Shown one piece after another: positions 28,076 to 36,174 of a DNA stretch of 64,000 nucleotides. The stretch spans positions 128,792-192,791 of the forward strand of contig CAVXUZ010000004.1 of NCBI GenBank assembly GCA_963765125.1, given 5' to 3'. The position numbers and the translations under genes are program-made. The notes beneath the pieces are model-generated. The model made no database searches. It was given only the letters and a program-made list of their open reading frames with translations, and was not told where the DNA came from. The stretch's first letter is position 1. Each line of letters opens with the position of its first letter. The stretch comes from an uncultured candidate division WWE3 bacterium (lineage in GTDB: Bacteria > Patescibacteriota > WWE3 > UBA101185 > UBA10185).

Positions 28076-28904
28076 CAAAAAGGTAGTGTTTGTTGATTTA
28101 GAAAAGCAGACATCAGAAACTAAAACTTTTCCTGACTATAAAAAATACTTAGGCGGCTTAGGTTTAGGTTTAAAAATTCTTGAACAATACGGCGATGTGG
28201 ACCCCTTAGTTTTTGCAGTTGGCCCTCTTACAGGGTTTTTTCCCTACGCTTCAAAAACTGCGGTTGTTATGGAAGAAGACGGAACTATCGAAGATATTTA
28301 TGTCGGTGGGCACCTCGCAACAAGATTAAAATTTTCAGATATAGATGCTCTTGTGCTCATCGGAAAAGCTAAAAAAGAAGTTTCTTTAGACATTTTAAAT
28401 GGTGAAGTAACTTTTTATGAAAACTGTGTGGAGTTGGGCACTTTAGGACTTCCAGGAAAAAGGTCAACGGTGCAGGCTATAGATAAATCTTTAATAATCG
28501 ATTATTACTTTGGTGAACCGGGGAGTTTAATAGCAAAAAAGCTTGTTCAAAAAAAAGTACGCGATATTGTCATTACAGGAACAAGCACCTTTACACCAGT
28601 ATTTATGGAAAAATATACAGAAATCTTCAAAATACTGCTCGATAAAACAAAACGTCTTTCGGTAGAAAAGGCTTTTTTTCCTTCTTGTTCGGGATGCCCA
28701 ATGGGGTGTGAAAAATCAAAATTGGGTGAAATCGGCGGAAATGTGCTACTACACTCACTCGTTGCGTGCGGTTACGCAGAAACTATATTTACCGATGTAG
28801 GAACCATCTTTTCATGCCTTAACTCTTTAGGTTATGATTATACTCACGAGGATATTGAAGCAGTACCTACCCTTATCCAAAATTTACTTAAAGAACTAAA
28901 ATAA
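28062..28904 (+). CDS. Truncated aldehyde:ferredoxin oxidoreductase (AOR) family protein: N-terminal domain plus the [4Fe-4S] C-x2-C-x3-C segment only
   Basis: The AOR N-domain signature VDLEKQTSETK...YLGGLGLGLKIL...DPLVFAVGPLTGFFPYASKTAVV...LKFSDIDALVLIGKAKKEVSL is present. Then CSGCPMGC aligns to the AOR cluster motif C-Y-A-C-P-I-G-C. The ~250-aa pterin-binding C-terminal domain is absent. Confidence 0.6.
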   Translation: MDLYSKKVVFVDLEKQTSETKTFPDYKKYLGGLGLGLKILEQYGDVDPLVFAVGPLTGFFPYASKTAVVMEEDGTIEDIYVGGHLATRLKFSDIDALVLIGKAKKEVSLDILNGEVTFYENCVELGTLGLPGKRSTVQAIDKSLIIDYYFGEPGSLIAKKLVQKKVRDIVITGTSTFTPVFMEKYTEIFKILLDKTKRLSVEKAFFPSCSGCPMGCEKSKLGEIGGNVLLHSLVACGYAETIFTDVGTIFSCLNSLGYDYTHEDIEAVPTLIQNLLKELK

Positions 28905-28905
28905 T

Positions 28906-29565
28906 ATGAAATACATTGTTGCAAACTGGAAAATGAATATGGACTCTAATTCGATTGCCAGTTGGTTTTCTGACTTTAGTAAAATCTACAAACCCAACGA
29001 AAATATTAAGGTAATAATATGTGGCTCGTTCGTACACCTTGAGTTAATTAAAAACTATATTGAAAAATACAATCTTCCTATTTCAGTTTCAGCTCAAGAT
29101 ATATCACTAAAAGAAAAAGGTGCACACACCGGCGAGGTGGGAGGATTTCAACTAAAAAATTATTGTGAATTTGCGTTGGTGGGGCATAGCGAAAGAAACG
29201 AAACCAGAGATGTTGTAACTAAAAAAAGAGACGAGGCTTTGGCTGCCGGGCTAATTCCAATAGTTTGTTTTACATCACCAGACCAACTTGAAGACGCCTA
29301 CAAACCGGGCGTGATTTTAGCTTGGGAAGACCCACAAAACATTTCTAAAAATGGTGTTTATTTTGAAAAGCCACAAGATGATATTGTCGATATGTTTAAT
29401 AAGTTTGCAGAAATGAAACCTAACGCAGAAATAATCTACGGCGGCTCTGTAAATAGACAGAATATTCACGGTGTCGCCAAAATATTAAACTTGCACGGAG
29501 TTCTACCTGGTAATGCAAGTATCGACCCCGCACATTTTAACGAGTTAGTTGGGGCGTTTAAATAA
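28906..29565 (+). CDS. tpiA: Triosephosphate isomerase (short form)
   Basis: ANWKMN and VGHSERN are the signatures. Confidence 0.75.
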   Translation: MKYIVANWKMNMDSNSIASWFSDFSKIYKPNENIKVIICGSFVHLELIKNYIEKYNLPISVSAQDISLKEKGAHTGEVGGFQLKNYCEFALVGHSERNETRDVVTKKRDEALAAGLIPIVCFTSPDQLEDAYKPGVILAWEDPQNISKNGVYFEKPQDDIVDMFNKFAEMKPNAEIIYGGSVNRQNIHGVAKILNLHGVLPGNASIDPAHFNELVGAFK

Positions 29566-30638
29566 TGTATAAAGATCTAAAAATTAAAAAAGAAACACCT
29601 AAGAAAAAAAATCCTTTAGTAAGAGGGGCAATAATCGCCGTTATACTGTTGCTTCTTGTTGGCGGCGGCATTGTTTTGGCTGACAAAGGAAAGGGACTTT
29701 TTGATCCTATCTCTATTGTTTCAACCGTAACCAACGCAAACTTAAAAGAAACTGATGGAAGAACAAACATGCTATTACTGGGCAGTGATAAAAGAACCAT
29801 TTCAACCGTTGAGGGCGGAAACCTAACAGACAGCATACTTCTTGTGTCGATCGGCCGAGTAGAAAACGATGTAGTCATGATTTCTCTCCCAAGAGACTTG
29901 TGGGTGGAAGACCCTCGTGGCGCAAAAACAAAAATTAACGAGGTCTATATTAATAACCAGGCAGCTGATTACGACTCTGTTTCTGGAGGCGAGGCAATTA
30001 TGGACGTTGTGGAAGATGTTCTTGGTGTACCTATTCATTATTACGGCGTTGTAAATTTTGCGCTTTTTAAGAATGTTATAGATATCTTGGGTGGTATAGA
30101 GGTTCATATAGACCGTGCTTTCGTTGATCATTACTACCCGGTCGAGGGTAAAGAAAACGCACCTGATAATGAGAGATACGAGCGCGTTGAGTTTCAGGAG
30201 GGATTACAAACTATGAACGGCGAAATGGCACTAAAATACGCGCGTTCTCGTAAAGGAAATAATGGGGAAGACACAGATTTTGCAAGATCTGAGCGTCAAC
30301 AAAAGGTAATTGCTGCTATAAAAAATAAGGCGCTCTCGTTGCAAACAATCGTCAACCCAATAAAAATGAAAGAACTCTATGAACTTTATTCGACTGAGAT
30401 TGATACAAATATTACCTTTAGCGACATACAAAGTTTTTATATACTTTCACAGCAAATAGATTTCAATAAGATTATCTCAATAGTTTTAGACGATAGAAGC
30501 GCTGCAAACGAGGGGGGCTTACTTTACAATCCATCAAACAACGAACTTTATGGCGGAGCTTACGTGCTTGTTCCTAAAACAGGCGATTTTTCTCAGCTGC
30601 ACGCTTATGTACAAAGATATTTATTTGCAAATCACTAA
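29565..30638 (+). CDS. LytR-CpsA-Psr (LCP) family cell-envelope phosphotransferase
   Basis: After an N-terminal TM, MLLLGSDKRT...DSILLVSIG...ISLPRDLWV is the LCP core. Confidence 0.8.
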   Translation: MYKDLKIKKETPKKKNPLVRGAIIAVILLLLVGGGIVLADKGKGLFDPISIVSTVTNANLKETDGRTNMLLLGSDKRTISTVEGGNLTDSILLVSIGRVENDVVMISLPRDLWVEDPRGAKTKINEVYINNQAADYDSVSGGEAIMDVVEDVLGVPIHYYGVVNFALFKNVIDILGGIEVHIDRAFVDHYYPVEGKENAPDNERYERVEFQEGLQTMNGEMALKYARSRKGNNGEDTDFARSERQQKVIAAIKNKALSLQTIVNPIKMKELYELYSTEIDTNITFSDIQSFYILSQQIDFNKIISIVLDDRSAANEGGLLYNPSNNELYGGAYVLVPKTGDFSQLHAYVQRYLFANH

Positions 30639-30711
30639 AATCTGCTCGGATCTTAGCTACTGCAAAAACACCTCTGTGGTAGCAGTTTATAAAGAATTGT
30701 AAAATGACAAC

Positions 30712-31419
30712 ATGATTTACATTGTTCATGGTAACGACTACGCAAAATCAAGAAAGGCAATAGTAAACCAAAAAAGTAAAGTTGACGCCGATCATATTGT
30801 TGAAGAAGAGATTGAAAATATCACGCCAAGACAACTCTACGAAATGCTTGTTTCCTTTGATCTTTTTGGAAAACCACCGTTTATTATCTTGAAAGTCCCC
30901 GCAACAAAAGTAGCTAATTTTGAAGATTATCTAAAAATACTATTTAAAACTCCGGAGCAGTCTGTTCTTATTATTTTATGTGCTACAACACTTGGACGTA
31001 CAAATGACTTTATAAAATACGCGCAAGAGTTAAAAGCAAAGGTTGCGCATAATGAAAAGTTAAATGAGTCTAATGTTTTTGATTTTGTCGACAACCTTTA
31101 TTACAAAAACAAAAAGGCTGCTTACGCTGAACTTCAAAAATTAGAAAAAGAAGAAACTGACGAATTTTATGTTTTTTCAATGGTTCTATATGGACTAAGA
31201 AACATAGCTCAAGCAAAATTTAGAACTGAAGAATTTCAAAAGAAAAGTGGTTTTATGAAAGATAAGGCAATCAGACAAGCAGAGAATTTTACAGTAAGTG
31301 AAATTTACGAATTATTTGATTTTTTCTACGACACTGAAAAAAAATTGAAAACAGGAAAAATAGATAAAAGCCTCGTAATTCCGTTTTCAATCGAGAAGGT
31401 GCTTGCAAACCATTCATGA
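30712..31419 (+). CDS. Possible DNA polymerase III delta subunit (HolA-like), short
   Basis: The N-terminal MIYIVHGNDY pattern and the helical C-terminus resemble HolA. The match is weak. Confidence 0.35.
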   Translation: MIYIVHGNDYAKSRKAIVNQKSKVDADHIVEEEIENITPRQLYEMLVSFDLFGKPPFIILKVPATKVANFEDYLKILFKTPEQSVLIILCATTLGRTNDFIKYAQELKAKVAHNEKLNESNVFDFVDNLYYKNKKAAYAELQKLEKEETDEFYVFSMVLYGLRNIAQAKFRTEEFQKKSGFMKDKAIRQAENFTVSEIYELFDFFYDTEKKLKTGKIDKSLVIPFSIEKVLANHS

Positions 31420-32219
31420 CAAAAAAGATATATATAAAAGACACAAGTTTTGATCCGATCTACCGCGAGGTAAGTAAAGGATTTTTTGCAAAAACTCGTG
31501 TTATTCCTTCTCTTCTTTTTTTTAGCGGCCTTTTTGTTCTTACAACGCAAGTTATCCTCCCACTAATTATTTTTAAAACTAACGATAAAAATGTTGATCT
31601 CATCGACAACGCTACGGTTTTAGGTCGTGCAGCAGGCTTTTACTCGTTTAAGTTTGACGAGTTGGAAAAACGCGATGACGGAATTGATTTCAAAAATAAT
31701 TTTGATGGAGGTAACACATCGTTTATAGCGTCTGGTGATGATTCTCAAAACAGTAATGTTGTTCTAGGCGACACGGTTGCAAACGTTCCGGAATTCTATT
31801 ATCTCTCAGTTCCGAAATTGAAAATTAATAAAGCGATAGTTGAAACCTCGCCCGCCACACTAGACCCAGCAGACGCACTCGGCCACTACAACGGTACGGA
31901 ATTTCCTGGAGAAGTTGGAAATTCTTTTGTCTACGGGCACTCTGTACTACCCTGGTTTTTTAATCAAAAAAACTACAAAACAATTTTTTCGACATTAGGA
32001 AAGCTAGAAACCGGAGATGAGTTTTTTGTGAACTACAATAATAAAGGATATCGATATATAGTCGAATCAAAAGAAGAATTATCACCAAACAATGTAAATC
32101 CTTTGAACGAAATAAAACCAAGATATTTAAATGAATCAACAATGACACTTATGACGTGCTCCCCTCCGGGAACAAAGTTAAAAAGATTAATGGTGTACGG
32201 GGTATTACAAAATAACTAG
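31416..32219 (+). CDS. Sortase-family transpeptidase
   Basis: It has an N-terminal TM, a His motif FVYGHSV and a catalytic TLMTCSP (TLxTC). Confidence 0.7.
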   Translation: MTKKIYIKDTSFDPIYREVSKGFFAKTRVIPSLLFFSGLFVLTTQVILPLIIFKTNDKNVDLIDNATVLGRAAGFYSFKFDELEKRDDGIDFKNNFDGGNTSFIASGDDSQNSNVVLGDTVANVPEFYYLSVPKLKINKAIVETSPATLDPADALGHYNGTEFPGEVGNSFVYGHSVLPWFFNQKNYKTIFSTLGKLETGDEFFVNYNNKGYRYIVESKEELSPNNVNPLNEIKPRYLNESTMTLMTCSPPGTKLKRLMVYGVLQNN

Positions 32220-32794
32220 TCTTCAAGATCTTCAAGAACTTCTTTTTCAAATGATTCGAGAGCCATTTTTCTTGGTCCTAAAAATGCGAAGTAAGCAAAC
32301 AGTCCCAACGCTATTGCACTAAAAAATATTCCAAAAGTTGGGCCAAATATTCCTGTGTCTGGAACAGTAGATTCGGGGGTAGTGACAGCGGGGGCAACAG
32401 GTGCCATTTCTTCATTCTCATCCTCTTCGTCTGTCGCTGCAAGAACTGCCTGAGCCTCTACATTCATATTAGTTGTTGCCAGCTCTTCAAACACACTTGT
32501 TGAGTCGTCGTCGATTGAGACCTCTTCGGTCTTTGCACCGGCAACCTCTTCTTTAACAACCTTCTCTGGCGCCGGATTAGCTCTCAGCGATGCGTCACCC
32601 AATGTTGAAGATTTAGCAGATTCGGTTTTTGATTCAATAACGGATGTTTCTTTAATTGGAGCTTCGCTGCTGCCAGTATCAGAGTTAACAATGTAGTAAA
32701 TTGCACTAAAAACTATGAGGGATATGACCAACGTTAAAATGAAAGTTTTAAATCCTTTTTGTGCTTGGTTGTTAGAATTCATAGGCAGGCGCAA
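32216..32794 (-). CDS. Acidic surface protein with an N-terminal anchor and a C-terminal VPDTG-hydrophobic-PRK segment (candidate sortase substrate)
   Basis: TVPDTGIFGPTFGIFFSAIALGLFAYFAFLGPRK resembles an LPXTG-type sorting signal. It is convergent with the sortase gene. Confidence 0.4.
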   Translation of the reverse strand: MRLPMNSNNQAQKGFKTFILTLVISLIVFSAIYYIVNSDTGSSEAPIKETSVIESKTESAKSSTLGDASLRANPAPEKVVKEEVAGAKTEEVSIDDDSTSVFEELATTNMNVEAQAVLAATDEEDENEEMAPVAPAVTTPESTVPDTGIFGPTFGIFFSAIALGLFAYFAFLGPRKMALESFEKEVLEDLED

Positions 32795-32960
32795 ACTCTT
32801 TCTTGAGGTAGTCCAAGTCTATGTTATCTCCAAAAATTGCGGCTTTACCAACTACTTTTGGATTCACATAATCTTCTTTGGAAAAACTCCAATACTTTGA
32901 CCCTATCCATAATATACCAAGTATAGTAAGAATTAACAATAAAGTTAGTATGTTTTTCAT
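32772..32960 (-). CDS. Small single-TM protein (62 aa)
   Basis: The ORF has one hydrophobic helix. Confidence 0.3.
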   Translation of the reverse strand: MKNILTLLLILTILGILWIGSKYWSFSKEDYVNPKVVGKAAIFGDNIDLDYLKKEFAPAYEF

Positions 32961-32972
32961 ATTTAAACCATC

Positions 32973-33530
32973 TTACTCAGGCAAGTAAAACACATCAATT
33001 GACATGTTTAAATTTGCCGAATTTTCTCTATTACTGTAATTAAACCCTTTGACAACTGACAGACGACTTAGGTTCTCTACATCACCCAAAAATGAGTGCA
33101 TTTGCGTTACTGGTCCCTGCAAGCTCACACTCAGGCTAACTACACTGTCTTTCTTTCCTTGGATTGCGAGGCTTTTTTGTTTAAACCCGTTTTTTGATGC
33201 GACTCCTACCAAACTTATCATATAGTTCTCGATTTCTGGTGTGGGTGTAACAACCTTCTTCAACTCACTTATGTGATATTTCGCGTCATTGAGCTTTATT
33301 GATAGCTCATTTATACCGTCTCGCTTTGCTGCAAGATTTTTATTCAACTCGTTTAGCTCTTTTAACGTGTTGTATTTCTCAACCGCAACCCTATAAACCG
33401 GTATGATTCCGAAAAGACCAAAACCAACAATCGTCAAAATGAAAACGAAGCTGTATAGAGTTGTGTTAACTTTCTCATCTTGGAGCTCTCTTCGATATCT
33501 ATTGATTTTATTTCTAACGTTTTCGTTCAT
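32973..33530 (-). CDS. pilO: Type IV pilus assembly protein PilO-like
   Basis: It has a short N-terminus, a TM helix, a coiled-coil and a periplasmic domain. It overlaps pilN by 4 nt. Confidence 0.5.
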   Translation of the reverse strand: MNENVRNKINRYRRELQDEKVNTTLYSFVFILTIVGFGLFGIIPVYRVAVEKYNTLKELNELNKNLAAKRDGINELSIKLNDAKYHISELKKVVTPTPEIENYMISLVGVASKNGFKQKSLAIQGKKDSVVSLSVSLQGPVTQMHSFLGDVENLSRLSVVKGFNYSNRENSANLNMSIDVFYLPE

Positions 33531-34162
33531 TCTAGGTTTACCTCCAATACTGCAACGTATTCCTTAACACCGCTTGCCTTTAACTCAACATTTTTAATAG
33601 TAATGTCTTTTACGCCTTCGATTTCTAACAGGTTTCTGATTAAATTGGCGTATTGTACTGCGCTGTATGATTTTGCAGTCAGAGAATATTTATTCTGCTC
33701 TCTACGGTAAGAGAGTGCTTCAAGACGTACCGTGCTTGTAACAATTTCAAATATCTCCTTTAGTGGTTTTCCGATTTTAGGGGACGCTGTTTTATTTTGC
33801 TTATAAATATTAGTTAAATTTGTTACGTCCCTCGCCGCATCCGTAACATGGCTTGATGTATCAATCTCATCTATGAGTTGGTCGCGAAGTGTCTTCGATT
33901 TATTTAGTGAAAAATCAAAATAAAAGTTTGCGAGTATAAGTAAAAAGAATAATCCACCGATAGAAAAAACGGCGTAGTTTGTAAATTTAACTATTTGAGG
34001 TCTGGCTTTTGATAGTAAATCGTCGCTACTAACTGGTGCTAGAAGGTTAGGACTTAGATTTTTGGTCTCGTCTGGCGCCTCTTGCTGCTCCTTTTGCTGA
34101 GGATGCCTTTGAAGCAGATTTTTCAATTTTTCCCCCAGTTTGGGCAGCGATTCGTTGGGCAT
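33527..34162 (-). CDS. pilN: Type IV pilus assembly protein PilN-like
   Basis: A cytoplasmic N-terminus with an NLLAP (INLLP-like) motif is followed by a TM helix, a coiled-coil and a periplasmic domain. Confidence 0.5.
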   Translation of the reverse strand: MPNESLPKLGEKLKNLLQRHPQQKEQQEAPDETKNLSPNLLAPVSSDDLLSKARPQIVKFTNYAVFSIGGLFFLLILANFYFDFSLNKSKTLRDQLIDEIDTSSHVTDAARDVTNLTNIYKQNKTASPKIGKPLKEIFEIVTSTVRLEALSYRREQNKYSLTAKSYSAVQYANLIRNLLEIEGVKDITIKNVELKASGVKEYVAVLEVNLE

Positions 34163-34403
34163 ATCTCGATTTTAATCTATTAGCTTTATTTTTGTGTATT
34201 ACGTTGATTTTAGCAGCCTTGTCTAAAACCTTCTGTAATACAGTTAGTTCTTTGTTAAGTATATCAACACCAGTGTCTTTTGTATTGAGTTTATCCTGTA
34301 AACTCCTTACTGCGGTCTTGATACCCCTCTTCAAAATCATATTAACTTGTCTTTTTCTGCCTGAAGACCTTACGGCTTTCTTTGCAGACCTAGTGTTTGG
34401 CAT
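34047..34403 (-). CDS. rpsT: 30S ribosomal protein S20 with a basic C-terminal extension
   Basis: MPNTRSAKKAVRSSGRKRQVNMILKRGIKTAVR...HKNKANRLKSRYAQRIAA is the S20 core. The start is set at the second Met of the ORF. Confidence 0.75.
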   Translation of the reverse strand: MPNTRSAKKAVRSSGRKRQVNMILKRGIKTAVRSLQDKLNTKDTGVDILNKELTVLQKVLDKAAKINVIHKNKANRLKSRYAQRIAAQTGGKIEKSASKASSAKGAARGARRDQKSKS

Positions 34404-34505
34404 AGACGATGGGTATGATAACATATGTTGATTAAATAAGGAAATACCTAATTCTAATTTGGGTATTTCTCTTTTTTTACCGCTATAGGTAGAATAGAAG
34501 CGCAG

Positions 34506-36155
34506 ATGTTAAATAGATATTCAAAGTTCTTAAATAAAACCCAAAACACGATACTCGCCGCAGCCTTTGTACTTTCAGTTGCTAGCGGTGTTAATGCTAT
34601 CTTGGGTTTTGTAAAAGGTCGTCTTTTGGCAACTTTTTTTGGTGATTCTTCTGAGCTTGCGGTTTTTTATACTGCAGACAGAATTCCAGACCTAATATAT
34701 TCCGTTCTAGTTGTTGGGGCACTTTCTACAATATTTATCCCTGTCTTCACAACTATGTACAAAAAGGATAAAGACAAAGCTTGGGAAACCGCCTCATCGA
34801 TGGTAAACATTACTCTTGGTTTTTTTGCTTTTCTTTCTTTAGCCACCTTTATACTCGCACCAACAATAATGAGACTTCTCTCTGTGGGAAAGTTTAGCGA
34901 ACAAGAAATTTTGCTCGGCGCAAGTCTGATGAGAATTATGATGACGGCGCAACTTCTTTTAGTTGCGAGTAGCTTTTTAACCAGCATCCTTCAGTCGTTT
35001 AAATACTTTCTTCTTCCTGCGCTCGCTCCGATTGTTTACAACCTAGGATTTATCGGCGGAACAATTTACCTCGCTGGCTCTTTTGGAATTTACGGACCGG
35101 CAATCGGAGTTGTGATAGGAGCAGTACTACACCTTCTTATTCAGATACCCATGATCAGTAAGGTAAAAATCAACTACACCCCGTTTAAGCTGGCGTTTCA
35201 TAAAAACGGAACCACAGAAATTTTTAGGCTAATGCCTTCTAGAATTGGCAGTGTGCTTATAAATAGCTTAATTTCAACAATTAATAACAGTCTCGCGATC
35301 TTAATTTCTACCTCTGCTGTGGTCCACCTAAAGTTTGCTAATCAACTGCAGTTTTTTCCTGTGCACCTTTTTGGTTTCTCAATCGCGCATGCAAGCTTAC
35401 CAACCCTTTCTGAAGAGGGGGACGATCTGTCATTAACCAAATTTAAAAGCACGTTCATAACGTCGTTTCATCAAATGATGTATCTGGTTATACCCGTGAG
35501 CGTAATTTTATTAATCTTGAGAGTTCCCGTAGTAAGAATCGTGTACGGAGCTTCTACTTTTCCTTGGGAGGCGACTGTAAAAACTTCTTATGCTCTGGCC
35601 TTTTTTAGTTTAAGCATTTTTGCACAAAGTGGCGTCTATTTAATTACACGCGCTTTTTATGCACTAAAGGATACGAATACTCCAGTGAAGGTAAGTACGC
35701 TTACATTATTTTTAAATATTTTATTATCTTTGGTGTTTGTTGAGTATTTAAAACTAGGTGTATGGTCAATTGCATTTTCGTTTTCTCTCACTACGATAAT
35801 TACCTTTGTGATGCTTCTCTTTTTGTTAAACTCAAAGGTTGGTGGACTAAACTGGCAAGAGTTGCTATTACCTATCACAAAAATTTCCTACTCCGCATTA
35901 TTTATGGGAATAGGTTTATATCTCCCTTTAAAGCTCCTCGATAAATTCGTGTTTGATACTACCAGGGTTGTTCCACTTTTGATGCTTACTATGGTTGCCT
36001 CGCTCATAGGCACTGCGACTTACCTATTCTTTACATGGATTTTTAAAGTTCGTGAGATTGAGCTTTTTTATAAAGTCATAAGAAAAATTAACTTTAGAAA
36101 AACTGCTGAAACTGTTACAACCTCCACTATAGGTACCAGAGAAGAAATATCATAA
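34506..36155 (+). CDS. murJ: Lipid II flippase MurJ
   Basis: LLATFFGDSSELAVFYTADRIPDLIYSVLVVGALSTIFIPVF is the MurJ signature, in a polytopic protein. Confidence 0.85.
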   Translation: MLNRYSKFLNKTQNTILAAAFVLSVASGVNAILGFVKGRLLATFFGDSSELAVFYTADRIPDLIYSVLVVGALSTIFIPVFTTMYKKDKDKAWETASSMVNITLGFFAFLSLATFILAPTIMRLLSVGKFSEQEILLGASLMRIMMTAQLLLVASSFLTSILQSFKYFLLPALAPIVYNLGFIGGTIYLAGSFGIYGPAIGVVIGAVLHLLIQIPMISKVKINYTPFKLAFHKNGTTEIFRLMPSRIGSVLINSLISTINNSLAILISTSAVVHLKFANQLQFFPVHLFGFSIAHASLPTLSEEGDDLSLTKFKSTFITSFHQMMYLVIPVSVILLILRVPVVRIVYGASTFPWEATVKTSYALAFFSLSIFAQSGVYLITRAFYALKDTNTPVKVSTLTLFLNILLSLVFVEYLKLGVWSIAFSFSLTTIITFVMLLFLLNSKVGGLNWQELLLPITKISYSALFMGIGLYLPLKLLDKFVFDTTRVVPLLMLTMVASLIGTATYLFFTWIFKVREIELFYKVIRKINFRKTAETVTTSTIGTREEIS

Positions 36156-36174
36156 AGTCTGATACAATCCCCTT

